In this document: one piece after another, positions 32,601 through 46,900 of the stretch
Numbering within the stretch: position 1 is the first letter of the stretch
Layout: each line of letters opens with the position of its first letter
Assembly: GCA_040954595.2 (NCBI GenBank)
Contig: CM082579.2
Coordinates: 15,724,550 to 15,788,549, forward strand
Length of the DNA: 64,000 bases
DNA from: Balanoglossus misakiensis
Taxonomy: Eukaryota > Animalia > Hemichordata
Reading direction: 5' to 3'
Position numbers and translations under genes: made by a program
Notes under the pieces: model-generated
Seen by the model: the letters and a program-made list of their open reading frames with translations, nothing else
The model's database searches: none
What the model was told of the DNA's origin: nothing

Positions 32601-34768
32601 GAAGCCCCGGCACTCTAGAGCAGAAACAGGCGTACATTGACCACGTTGATCAAGTCAGATGTCCTACGGCGTGACTCCGCTGGTGCACCGGCTCTATATG
32701 ACACAGACTGGCGTAAGTTATCAACGGTGATTACGTCGGATTTCCTACGGCCTGGTTTAGCTCAAGCCCCGGCACTTTAGAGCGGAAACACGCGTACATT
32801 GACCACGATGATCAAGTCAGATCTCCTACGGCTTGGCTCGACTAAAACCCCGGCACACTATGACAGACACTAGCGTTCGTTAGCAACGTTGATCAAGTCA
32901 GATTTCCTACGGCATGGCTTGGCTAAAGCCCTGGCATTCTAGAGCAGAAACACGCGTACAGAGACCACATTGATCTACTCACATTTCCTTAGGCCTGGCA
33001 CGGCTGATGCCCCGCACTATATATAGGACACAGACTGGCGTAAGTTAACAACGGTAATCACGTCGGGTTTCCTACGGCCTGGATCAGCTGAAGCCCCGGC
33101 ACTCTAGAGCAGAAACAGGCGTACATTGACCACGTTGATCAAGTCAGATTTCCTACGGCCTGGTTCGACTAAAACCCCGGCACACCATGACAGACACTAG
33201 CGTTCGTTAGCAACGGTGATCAAGTCGGATTTCCTTCGGCCTGGCTCGGCAAAAGACCCGACCCTCTAGTACAAAGACGTTGGCTAAGTCGGGCAAACCG
33301 AAGAGGGAAAGTCACAGCGGGTCAACACTCGACATTTGTTCGGGTAGGACTGCATTATTGCCTGTTAATTTATAGAGAAAGCCCGAATTTAACCAGGGCG
33401 CTTCAAACACCGACGTTAGTTGGGGGCACGGCCTGCAGTACTGCCCGGTAAGGTGACATCGGCGTACCGCATATAATGTAGGGGGGGGGGGGGGAGAAAC
33501 AGAACGGTTCAATACTACATTTATCAGATATCAGCTAATTTTGGACAATCATCTAAAATCTAAATCATCTTTTCATATTTGGATATCTGATGATGTATGA
33601 AATTTCCATTATATGTAAAAATGGTGCTGATTATAAAAATGCACTCTGAATGAGCTGATTTAATACAAAATTGCGTTTTATTCGTTTTTGCACCAAAAAG
33701 GTCATTTTTAGGCAAAACATTCTTTATTTTTTTAATTCGGTGACCTGATCATATATAAACAATTGCTTGTATGTTAAAAGTTTTTATGACTTTTAAAAGC
33801 AGTGACACTGGCGGCATTCAACACGAAAATAACAATTTTAGCCACAATTTGGTCAAAATGGTAAATTTTTGAAAATTACAAAAAATACCTGTTTTCTACA
33901 TTTTTGGAAATCTGATGGAGTATAGAATGCTCTTCGTATGTATATATCGATACAAATTCCACAAAAGACCGTCTAATTTGGCTCACTGCAGACAAAATTG
34001 CGTTTTACCAAATTTTCCTTTAAAATGTCATTTTTAGAAAAAAAATAAAAAAACCTTTGTTCTTCAAATGTGGTGCCCTGATCATATATGACATGTTGAT
34101 TGTATGTTAAAACTTTCGACCACTCCAAAAATGCAGAGATATTGACGGAATTCAAGAAAAAATAGCCATTTTGGCCATATTTTGACAAAAATGGTAAATT
34201 TTTAAAAAATCATAAAACATTAACTATTTTCTTCATTTTCGGAAATATTATGGAGCATGAAGTGTCGTTCTCTTGTAAAAAGTGCTGCAAATTCCAGAAA
34301 AGGTGGTATAATTTGAATCACCCAAGACAAAATTACCATTTTCGACTTTTTTTCGAAAAATTGTCTTTTTAACAAAATAAATAAGAATAAATTATTTTCT
34401 TAGTTTCAAACGGGAAGAGATACTTTCCACACGGGTTTTCTAACATTGAATTCCCGTTCATCAACTCAGATTTCCTACAGCATAAGTCAGCTAAAACCCT
34501 GACACTCTAGAGCAGAAACAGTTGCACACTGGTAACGTTGAACAAGTCGATTTTTCTACGGCCTGGCTCGGCTAAATCTCCGTCACAATATGACAGACAC
34601 TAGCGTACGTTAGCAACGGTGATCAAGTCAGATTTTCTACGGCATGGCTTGGATAAAGCCCCGGCACTCTAGAGCAGAAACACGCGTACAGAGACCACGT
34701 TGATGAAGTCTGATCTCCTACGGCTTGGCTCGACTAAACCCCGGCACACTATGACAGACACTAGCGTT

Positions 34769-34955
34769 ATTATTATTATTATTATTAAGAATTGTTTAAA
34801 ATGCGCTACACATACGTCTCAGCGCATTGTGCACAGCTAAAACAGTAGATTAAAAAATACAAGGCTGGTAAAAATAGTTAAAAGGACACAATCGAACACG
34901 TTACACATAAAACCGAGTAAAAAGGTATGTTTTCAAATTACGCTTAAAAATATTG
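34769..34955 (-). mobile_element. Severely 5'-truncated L2-type LINE inserted in a satellite monomer
   Basis: TSD agcgtt (34763-34768, 34956-34961) and (TAA)n tail. The minus strand encodes NIFKRNLKTYLFTRFYV* followed by an AATGCGCT...AGCGCATT stem-loop. Confidence 0.82.
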
Positions 34956-37900
34956 AGCGTTCGTTAGCAACGTTGATCAAGTCAGATTTTCTACGGCATG
35001 GCTTGGATAAAGCCCCGGCACTCAAGAGCAGAAACACGCGTACAGAGACCACGTTGATCAAGTCTGATCTCCTACGGCTTGGCTCTACTAAAACCCCGGC
35101 ACACTATGACAGACACTAGCGTTCGCTAGCAACGTTGATCAAGTCAGATTTCCTACGGCATGGCTTTGCTAAAGCCCTGACACTCTAGAGCAGAAACACG
35201 CGTACAGAGACCACGTTGATCTACTCACATTTCCTTCGGCCTGGCACGGCTGATGCCCCGGCACTATATATAGGACACAGACTGGCGTAAGTTAACAACT
35301 GTAATCACGTCGGGTTTCCTACGGCCTGGCTCAGCTGAAGCCCCGGCACTCTAGAGCAGAAACAGGCGTACATTGACCACGTTGATCAATTCAGATTTCC
35401 TACGGCGTGACTCGGCTGGTGCACCGGCTCTATATGACACAGACTGGCGTAAGTTATCAACGGTGATTACGTCGGATTTCCTACGGCCTGGTTTAGCTGA
35501 AGCCCCGGCACTTTAGAGCGGAAACACGCGTACATTGACCACGATGATCAAGTCAGATCTCCTACGGCCTGGCTCGACTAAAACCCCGGCACACCATGAC
35601 AGACACTAGCGTTCGTTAGCAACGGTGATCAAGTCGGATTTCCTTCGGCCTGACTCTGCAAAAGACCCGACACTCTAGTACAAAGACGTCGGCTAAGTCG
35701 GGCAAACCGAAGAGGGAAAGTCACAGCGTGTCAACACTCGACATTTGTTCGGGTAGGACTGCATTATTGCCTGTCAATTTATATAGAAAGCCCGAATTTA
35801 ACCAGGGCGTTCCAAACACCGACGTTAGGTGGGGGCACGGCCTGCAGTACTGCCGGGTAAGCTGACATCGGCGTACCGCATATAATGTAGGGGAGGGGGG
35901 GGGGGAACAGAACGGTTCAATACTACATTTATTAGATATCAGCTAATTTTGGACAATCATCTAAAATCTAAATCATTTTTTCATATTTGGATATCTGGTG
36001 ATGTATGAAATTTCCATTATATGTAAAAATGGTGCTGATTATAAAAAAATGCACTCTGAATGAGGTTATTTAATACAAAATTGCGTTTTATTCGTTTTTG
36101 CACCAAAAAGGTCATTTTTAGGCCAAACATTCTTTATTTTTTTTAATTCGGTGACCTGATCATATATAAACAATTGCTTGTATGTTAAAAGTTTTTATGA
36201 CTTTTAAAAGCAGTGACACTGGCGGCATTCAACATGAAAATAACAATTTTAGCCATAATTTGGTCAAAATGGTAAATTTTTGAAAATTACAAAAAATACC
36301 TGTTTTCTACATTTTCGGAAATCTGATGGAGTATAGAATGCTCTTCGTATGTATATATCGATACAAATTCCACAAAAGACAATCTAATTTGGCTCACTGC
36401 AGACAAAATTGAGTTTTACCAAATGTTCCTTGAAAATGTCATTTTTAGAAAAAAAACTAAAAAAACTTTGTTCTTCGAATTTGGTGCCCTGATCATATAT
36501 GACATGTTGATTGTATGTTAAAACTTTCGACCACTCCAAAAATGCAGAGATATTGACGGAATTCAAGAAAAAATAGCCATTTTGGCCATATTTTGACAAA
36601 AATGGTAATTTTTTAAAAAATCATAAAAAATTAACTCTTTTCTTCATTTTCGGAAATATTATGGAGCATGAAGTGTCGTTCTCTTGTAAAAAGTGCTGCA
36701 AATTCCAGAAAAGGCGGTATAATTTGAATGACCCAAGACAAAATTACCATTTTCGACTTTTTTTCGAAAAATTGTCTTGTTTTACAAAATAAATAAGAAT
36801 AAATTCTTTTCTTAGTTTCAAACGGGTAGAGATACTTTACACACGGGTTTTCTAACATTGAATTCCCGTTCATCAACTCAGATTTCCTACAGCACAAGTC
36901 GGCTAAAACCCTGACACTCTAGAGCAGAAACAGTTGCACACTGGTAACGTTGAAAAAGTCGATTTTTCTACGGCCTGGCTCGGCTAAATCTCCGTCACAA
37001 TATGACAGACACTAGCGTAAGTTAGCAACGGTGATCAAGTCAGATTTTCTACGGCATAGCTCGGATAAAGCCCCGGCACTCTAGAGCAGAAACACGCGTA
37101 CAGAGACCACGTTGATCAAGTCTGATCTCCTACGGCTTGGCTCGACTAAAACCCCGACACACTATGACAGACACTAGCGTTCGTTAGCAACGTTGATCAA
37201 GTCAGATTTCCTACGGCATGGCTTGGCTAAAGCCCTGGCACTCTAGAGCAGAAACACGCGTACAGAGACCACGTTGATCTACTCACATTTCCTTCGGCCT
37301 GGCACGGCTGATGCCCCGGCATTATATATAGGACACAGACTGGCGTAAGTTAACAACGGTAATCACGTCGGGTTTCCTACGGCCTGGCTCAGATGAAGCC
37401 CCGGCACTCTAGAGCAGAAACAGGCGTACAGTGACCACGTTGATCAAGTCAGATTTCCTACGGCGTGACTCGGCTGGTGCACCGGCTCTATATGACACAG
37501 ACTGGCGTAAGTTATCAACGGTGATTACGTCGGATTTCCTACGGCCTGGTTTAGCTGAAGCCCCGGCACTTTAGAGCGGAAACACGCGTACATTGACCAC
37601 GATGATCAAGTCAGATCTCCTACGGCCTGGCTCGACTAAACCCCGGCACACCATGACAGACACTAGCGTTCGTTAGCAACGGTGATCAAGTCGGATTTCC
37701 TTCGGCCTGGCTCTGCAAAAGACCCGACACATTAGTACAAAGACGTTGGCTAAGTCGGGCAAACCGAAGAGGGAAAGTCACAGCCGGTCAACACTCGACA
37801 TTTGGTCGGGTAGGACTGCATTATTGCCTGTCAATTTATAGAGAAAGCCCGAATTTAACCAGGGCGTTTCAAACACCGACGTTAGTTGGGGGCACGGCCT

Positions 37901-40900
37901 GCAGTACTGCCGGGTAAGCTGACATCGGCGTACCGCATATAATGTAGGGGGGGGGGACAGAACGGTTCATTACTACATTTATTAAATATCAGCTAATTTT
38001 GGACAATCATCTAAAATCTAAATCATTTTTTCATATTTGGATATCTGATGATGTATGAAATTTCCATTATATGTAAAAATGGTGCTGATTATAAAAAATG
38101 CACTCTGAATGAGCTGATTTAATACAAAATTGCGTTTTATTCGTTTTTGCACCAAAAAGGTCATTTTTAGGCAAAACATTCTTTATTTTTTTAATTCGGT
38201 GACCTGATCATATATAAACAATTGCTTGTATGTTGAAATTTTTTATGACTTTTAAAAGCAGTGACACTGGCGGCATTCAACACGAAAATAACAATTTTAG
38301 CCACAATTTGGTCAAAATGGTAAATTTTTGAAAATTACAAAAAATACATGTTTTCTACATTTTCGGAAATCTGATGGAGTATAGAATGCTCTTCGTATGT
38401 ATATATCGATACAAATTCCACAAAAGACCGTCTAATTTGGCTCACTGCAGACAAAATTGCGTTTTACCAAATTTTCCTTGAAAATGTCATTTTTAGAAAA
38501 AAAATAAGAATAAATTCTTTTCTTAGTTTCAAACGGGTAGAGATACTTTCCACACGGGTTTTCTAACATTGAATTCCCGTTCATCAACTCAGATTTCCTA
38601 CGGCATAAGTCGTCTAAAACCCTGACACTCTAGAGCAGAAACAGTTGCACACTGGTAACGTTGAACAAGTCGATTTTTCTACGGCCTGGCTCGGCTAAAT
38701 CTCCGTCACAATATGACAGACACTATCGTACGTTAGCAATGGTGATCAAGTCAGATTTTCTACGGCATGGCTTGGATAAAGCCCCGGCACTCTAGAGCAG
38801 AAACACGCGTACAGAGACCACGTTGATCTACTCACATTTCCTTCGGCCTGGCACGGCTGATGCCCCGGCACTATATATAGGACACAGACTGGCGTAAGTT
38901 AACAACGGTAATCACGTCGGGTTTCCTACGGCCTGGCTCAGCTGAAGCCCCGGCACTCTAGAGCAGAAACAGGCGTACATTGACCACGTTGATCAAGTCA
39001 GATTTCCTACGGCGTGACTCGGCTGGTGCACCGGCTCTATATGACACAGACTGGCGTAAGTTATCAACGGTGATTACGTCGGATTTCCTACGGCATGGTT
39101 TAGCTAAAGCCCCGGCACTTTAGAGCAGAAACAGGCGTACATTGACCACGTTGATCAAGTCAGATTTCCTACGGTGTGACTCGGCTGGTGCACCGGTTCT
39201 ATATGACACAGACTGGCGTGAGTTATCAACGGTGATTACGCCGGATTTCCTACGGCATGGTTTAGCTGAAGCCCCGGCACTTTAGAGCGGAAACACGCGT
39301 ACATTGACCACGATGATCAAGTCAGATCTCCTACGGCCTGGCTCGACTAAAACCCCGGCACACCATGACAGACACTAGCGTTCGTTAGCAACGGTGATCA
39401 AGTCGGATTTCCTTCGGCCTGGCTCTGCAAAAGACCCGACACATTAGTACAAAGACGTTGGCTAAGTCGGGCAAACCGAAGAGGGAAAGTCACAGCGGGT
39501 CAACACTCGACATTTGTTCGGGAAGGACTGCATTATTGCCTGTCAATTTATAGAGAAAGCCCGAATTTAACCAGGGCGTTTCAAACACCGACGTTATTTG
39601 GGGGCACGGCCTGCAGTACTGCCGGGTAATCTGACATCGGCGTACCGCATATAATGTAGGGGGGGGGACAGAACGGTTCAATACTACATTTATTAGATAT
39701 CAGCTAATTTTGGACAATCATCTAAAATCTAAATCATTTTTTCATATTTGGATATCTGATGATGTATGAAATTTCCATTATATGTAAAAATGGTGCTGAT
39801 TATAAAAAATGCACTCTGAATGAGCTGATTTAATACAAAATTGCGTTTTATTCGTTTTTGCACCAAAAAGGTCATTTTTAGGCAAAACATTCTTTATTTT
39901 TTTAATTCGGTGACCTGATCATATATAAGCAATTGCTTGCATGTTAAAAGTTTTTATGACTTTTAAAAGCAGTGACACTGGCGGCATTCAACACGAAAAT
40001 AACAATTTTAACCACAATTTGGTCAAAATGGTAAATTTTTGAAAATTACAAAAAATACCTGTTTTCTACATTTTCGGAAATCTGATGGAGTATAGAATGC
40101 TCTTCGTATATATATATCGATACCAATTCCACAAAAGACCATCTAATTTGGCTCACTGCAGACAAAATTGCGTTTTACCAAATTTTCCTTGAAAATGTCA
40201 TTTTTAGAAAAATAAAATAAAAAAACCTTCGTTCTTTGAATTTGGTGCCCTCATCATATATGACATGTTGATTGTATGTTAAAACTTTTGACCACTCCAA
40301 AAATGCAGAGATATTGACGGAATTCAAGAAAAAATAGCCATTTTGGCCATATTTTGACAAAATGGTAAATTTTTAAAAAATCATAAAAAATAAAACTCTT
40401 TTCTGCATTTTCGGAAATATTATGGAGCATGAAGTGTCGTTCTCTTGTAAAAAGTGCTGCAAATTCCAGAAAATGTGGTATAATTTGAATCACCCAAGAC
40501 AAAATTACCATTTTCGACTTGTTTTCGAAAAATTGTCTTTTTTACAAAATAAATAAGAATAAATTCTTTTCTTAGTTTCAAACGGGTAGAGATACTTTCC
40601 ACACGGGTTTTCTAACATTGAATTCCCGTTCATCAACTCAGATTTCCTATAGCATAAGTCGGCTAAAACCCAGACACTCTAGAGCAGAAACAGTTGCACA
40701 CTGGTAACGTTGAACAAGTCGATTTTTCTACGGCCTGGCTCGGCTAAATCTCCGTCACAATATGACAGACACTAGCGTACGTTAGCAACGGTGATCAAGT
40801 CAGATTTTCTACGGCATGGCTTGGATAAAGCCCCGGCACTCTAGAGCAGAAACACGCGTACAGAGACCACGTTGATCTACTCACATTTCCTTCGGCCTGG

Positions 40901-43900
40901 CACGGCTGATGCCCCGGCACTATATATAGGACACAGACTGGCGTAAGTTAACAACGGTAATCACGTCGGGTTTCCTACGGCCTGGCTCAGCTGAAGCCCC
41001 GGCACTCTAGAGCAGAAACAGGCGTACATTGACCACGTTGATCAAGTCAGATTTCCTACGGCGTGACTCGGCTGGTGCACCGGCTCTATATGACACAGAC
41101 TGGCGTAAGTTATCAACGGTGATTACGTCGGATTTCCTACGGCATGGTTTAGCTGAAGCCCCGGCACTTTAGAGCGGAAACACGCGTACATTGACCACGA
41201 TGATCAAGTCAGATCTCCTACGGCCTGGCTCGACTAAAACCCCGGCACACCATGACAGACACTAGCGTTCGTTAGCAACGGTGATCAAGTCGGATTTCCT
41301 TCGGCCTGGCTCTGCAAAAGACCCGACACATTAGTACAAAGACGTTGGCTAAGTCGGGCATACCGAAGAGGGAAAGTCACAGCGGGTCAACACTCGACAT
41401 TTGTTCGGGTAGGACTGCATTATTGCCTGTCAATTTATAGAGAAAGCCCGTATTTAACCAGGGCGTTTCAAACACCGACGTTATTTGGGGGCACGGCCTG
41501 CAGTACTGCCGGGTAAGCTGACATCGGCGTACCGCATATAATGTAGGGGGGGGGGGACAGAACGGTTCAATACTACATTTATTAGATATCAGCTAATTTT
41601 GGACAATCATCTAAAATCTAAATCATTTTTTCATATTTGGATATCTGATGATGTATGAAATTTCCATTATATGTAAAAATGGTGCTGATTATAAAAAATG
41701 CACTCTGAATGAGCTGATTTAATACAAAATTGCGTTTTATTCGTTTTTGCACCAAAAAGGTCATTTTTAGGCAAAACATTCTTTATTTTTTTATTCGGTG
41801 ACCTGATCATATATAAGCAATTGCTTGCATGTTAAAAGTTTTTATGACTTTTAAAAGCAGTGACACTGGCGGCATTCAACACGAAAATAACAATTTTAAC
41901 CACAATTTGGTCAAAATGGTAAATTTTTGAAAATTACAAAAAATACCTGTTTTCTACATTTTCGGAAATCTGATGGAGTATAGAATGCTCTTCGTATATA
42001 TATATCGATACCAATTCCACAAAAGACCGTCTAATTTGGCTCACTGCAGACAAAATTGCGTTTTACCAAATTTTCCTTGAAAATGTCATTTTTAGAAAAA
42101 TAAAATAAAAAAACCTTCGTTCTTCGAATTTAGTGCCCTGATCATATATGACATGTTGATTGTATGTTAAAACTTTCGACCACTCCAAAAATGCAGAGAT
42201 ATTGACGGAATTCAAGAAAAAATAGCCATTTTGGCCATATTTTGACAAAATGGTACATTTTTAAAAAATCATAAAAAATAAAACTCTTTTCTTCATTTTC
42301 GGAAATATTATGGAGCATGAAGTGTCGTTCTCTTGTAAAAAGTGCTGCAAATTCCAGAAAATGTGGTATAATTTGAATCACCCAAGACAAAATTACCATT
42401 TTCGACTTGTTTTCGAAAAATTGTCTTTTTTACAAAATAAATAAGAATAAATTCTTTTCTTAGTTTCAAACGGGTAGAGATACTTTCCACACGGGTTTTC
42501 TAACATTGAATTCCCGTTCATCAACTCAGATTTCCTACAGCATAAGTCGGCTAAAACCCTGACACTCTAGAGCAGAAACAGTTGCACACTGATAACGTTG
42601 AACAAGTCGATTTTTCTACGGCCTGGCTCGGCTAAATCTCGTCACAATATGACAGACACTAGCGTACGTTAGCAACGGTGATCAAGTCAGATTTTCAACG
42701 GCATGGGTTGGATAAAGCGCCGGCACTCTAGAGCAGAAACACGCGTACAGAGACCACGTTGATCAAGTCTGATCTCCTACGGCTTGGCTCGACTAAAACC
42801 CCGGCACACTATGACAGACACTAGCGTTCGTTAGCAACGTTGATCAAGTCAGATTTCCTACGGCATGGCTTTGCTAAAGCCCTGACACTCTAGAGCAGAA
42901 ACACGCGTACAGAGACCACGTTGATCTACTCACATTTCCATCGGCCTGGCACGGCTGATGCCCCGGCACTATATATAGGACACAGACTGGCGTAAGTTAA
43001 CAACGGTGATTACGTCGGATTTCCTACGGCCTGGTTTAGCTGAAGCCCCGGCACTTTAGAGCGGAAACACGCGTACATTGACCACGTTGATCAAGTCAGA
43101 TTTCCTTCGGCGTGACTCGGCTGGTGCACCGGCTCTTTATGACACAGACTGGCGTAAGTTATCAACGGTGATTACGTCGGATTTCCTACGGCCTGGTTTA
43201 GCTGAAGCCCCGGCACATTAGAGCGGAAACACGCGTACATTGACCACGATGATCAAGTCAGATCTCCTACAGCCTGGCTCGACTAAAACCCCGGCACACC
43301 ATGACAGACACTAGCGTTCGTTAGCAACGGTGATCAAGTCGGATTTCCTTCGGCCTGGCTCTGCAAAAGACCCGACACTCTAGTACAAAGACGTTGGCTA
43401 AGTCGGGCAAACCGAAGAGGGAAAGTCACAGCGGGTCAACACTCGACATTTGGTCGGGTAGGACTGCATTATTGCCTGTCAATTTATAGAGAAAGCCCGA
43501 ATTTAACCAGGGCGTTCCAAACACCGACGTTAGTTGGGGGCACGGCCTGCAGTACTGCCGGGTAAGCTGACATCGGCGTACCGCATATAATGTAAGGGGG
43601 GGGGGACAGAACGGTTCAATACTACATTTATTAGATATCAGCTAATTTTGGACAATCATCTAAAATCTAAATCATTTTTTCATATTTGGATATCTGATGA
43701 TGTATGAAATTTCCATTATATGTAAAAATGGTGCTTATTATAAAACATGTACTCTGAATGAACTGATTTAATACAAGATTGCGTTTTATTCGTTTTTGCA
43801 CCAAAAAGGTCATTTTTAGGCAAAACATTCTTTATATTTTTAATTCGGTGACCTGATCATATATAAACAATTGCTTGTATGTTAAAAGTTTTTATGACTT

Positions 43901-46900
43901 TTAAAAGCAGTGACACTGGCGGCATTCATCACGAAAATAACAATTTTAGCCACAATTTGGTCAAAATGGTAAATTTTTGAAAATTACAAAAAATACCTGT
44001 TTTCTACATTTTCGGAAATCTGTTGGAGTATAGAATGCTCTTCGTATGTATATATCGATACAAATTCCACAAAAGACCGTCTAATTTGGCTCACTGCAGA
44101 CAAAATTGCGTTTTACCAAATTTTCCTTGAAAATGTCATTTTTAGAAAAAAAAATAAAAAAACCTTTGTTCTTCGAATTTGGGGCCCTGATCATATATGA
44201 CATGTTGATTGTATGTTAAAACTCTCGACCACTCCAAAAATGCAGAGATATTGACGGAATTCAAGAAAAATAGCCATTTTGGCCATATTTTGACAAAAAT
44301 GGTAAATTTTTGAAAAATCATAAAAAATTAACTCTTTTCTTCATTTTCGGAAATATTATGGAGCATGAAGTGTCGTTCTCTTGCAAAAAGTGCTGCAAAT
44401 TCCAGAAAAGGCGGTATAATTTGAATCACCCAAGACAAAATTACCATTTTCAACTTTTTTTCGAAAAATTGTCTTTTTTTACAAAATAAATAAGAATAAA
44501 TTCTTTTCTTAGTTTCAAACGGGTAGAGATACTTTCCACACGGGTTTTCTAACATTGAATTCCCGTTCATCAACTCAGATTTCCTACAGCATAAGTCGGC
44601 TAAAACCCTGACACTCTAGAGCAGAAACAGTTGCACACTGATAACGTTGAACAAGTCGATTTTTCTACGGCCTGGCTCGGCTAAATCTCGTCACAATATG
44701 ACAGACACTAGCGTACGTTAGCAACGGTGATCAAGTCAGATTTTCAACGGCATGGGTTGGATAAAGCGCCGGCACTCTAGAGCAGAAACACGCGTACAGA
44801 GACCACGTTGATCAAGTCTGATCTCCTACGGCTTGGCTCGACTAAAACCCCGGCACACTATGACAGACACTAGCGTTCGTTAGCAACGTTGATCAAGTCA
44901 GATTTCCTACGGCATGGCTTTGCTAAAGCCCTGACACTCTAGAGCAGAAACACGCGTACAGAGACCACGTTGATCTACTCACATTTCCATCGGCCTGGCA
45001 CGGCTGATGCCCCGGCACTATATATAGGACACAGACTGGCGTAAGTTAACAACGGTGATTACGTCGGATTTCCTACGGCCTGGTTTAGCTGAAGCCCCGG
45101 CACTTTAGAGCGGAAACACGCGTACATTGACCACGTTGATCAAGTCAGATTTCCTACGGCCCGACTCGGCTGGTGCACCGGCTCTATATGACACAGACTG
45201 GCGTAAGTTATCAACGGTGATTACGTCGGATTTCCTACGGCCTGGTTTAGCTGAAGCCCCGGCACTTTAGAGCGGAAACACGCGTACATTGACCACGATG
45301 ATCAAGTGAGATCTCCTACGGCCTGGCTCGACTAAAACCCCGGCACACCATGACAGACACTAGCGTTCGTTAGCAACGGTGATCAAGTCGGATTTCCTTC
45401 GGCCTGGCTCTGCAAAAGACCCGACACTCTAGTACAAAGACGTTGGCTAAGTCGGGCAAACCGAACAGGGAAAGTCACAGCGGTTCAACACTTGACATTT
45501 GTTCCGGTAGGACTGCATTATTGCCTGTCGATTTATAGAGAGAGCCCGAATTTAACCAGGGCGTTTCAAACACCGACGTTTGTTGGGGGCACGGCCTACA
45601 GTACTGCCGGGTAAGCTGACATCGGCGTACCGCATATAATGTAAGGGGGGGGGGGGGCAGAACGGTTCAATACTACATTTATTAGATATCAGCTAATTTT
45701 GGACAATCATCTAAAATCTAAATCATTTTTTCATATTTGGATATCTGATGATGTATGAAATTTCCATTATATGTAAAATTGGTGCTTATTATAAAACATG
45801 CACTCTGAATGAACTGATTTAATACAAGATTGCGTTTTATTCGTTTTTGCACCAAAAAGGTCATTTTTAGGCAAAACATTCTTTATTTTTTTAATTCGGT
45901 GACCTGATCATATATAAACAATTGCTTGTATGTTAAAAGTTTTTATGACTTTTAAAAGCAGTGACACTGGCGGCATTCATCACGAAAATAACAATTTTAG
46001 CCACAATTTGGTCAAAATGGTAAATTTTTGAAAATTACAAAAAATACCTGTTTTCTACATTTTCGGAAATCTGATGGAGTGTAGAATGCTCTTCGTATGT
46101 ATATATCGATACAATTTCCACAAAAGACCGTCTAATTTGGCTCACTGCAGACAAAATTGCGTTTTACCAAATTTTCCTTGAAAATGTCATTTTTAGAAGA
46201 AAAAAAGAAAAAACCTTTGTTCTTCGAATTTGGTGCCCTGATCATATATGACATGTTGATTGTATGTTAAAACTCTCGACTACTCCAAAAATGCTGAGAT
46301 ATTGACGGAATTCAAGAAAAATAGCCATTTTGGCCATATTGTGACAAAAATGGTAAATTTTTGAAAAATCATAAAAAATTAACTCTTTTCTTCATTTTCG
46401 GAAATATTATGGAGCATGAAGTGTCGTTCTCTTGTAAAAAGTGCTGCAAATTCCAGAAAAGGCGGTATAATTTGAATCACGCAAGACAAAATTGCAATTT
46501 TTCGACTTTTTTTTCGAAAAATTGTCTTTTTTACAAAATAAATAAGAATAAATTCTTTTCTTAGTTTCAAACGGGTAGAGATACTTTCCACACGGGTTTT
46601 CTAACATTGAATTCCCGTTCATCAACTCAGATTTCCTACAGCATAAGTCGGCTAAAACCCTGACACTCTAGAGCAGAAACAGTTGCACACTGGTAACGTT
46701 GAACAAGTCGATTTTTCTACGGCCTGGCTCGGCTAAATCTCCGTCACAATATGACAGACACTAGCGTACGTTAGCAACGGTGATCAAGTCAGATTTTCTA
46801 CGGCATGGGTTGGATAAAGCCCCGGCACTCTAGAGCAGAAACACGCGTACAGAGACCACGTTGATCAAGTCTGATCTCCTACGGCTTGGCTCGACTAAAA

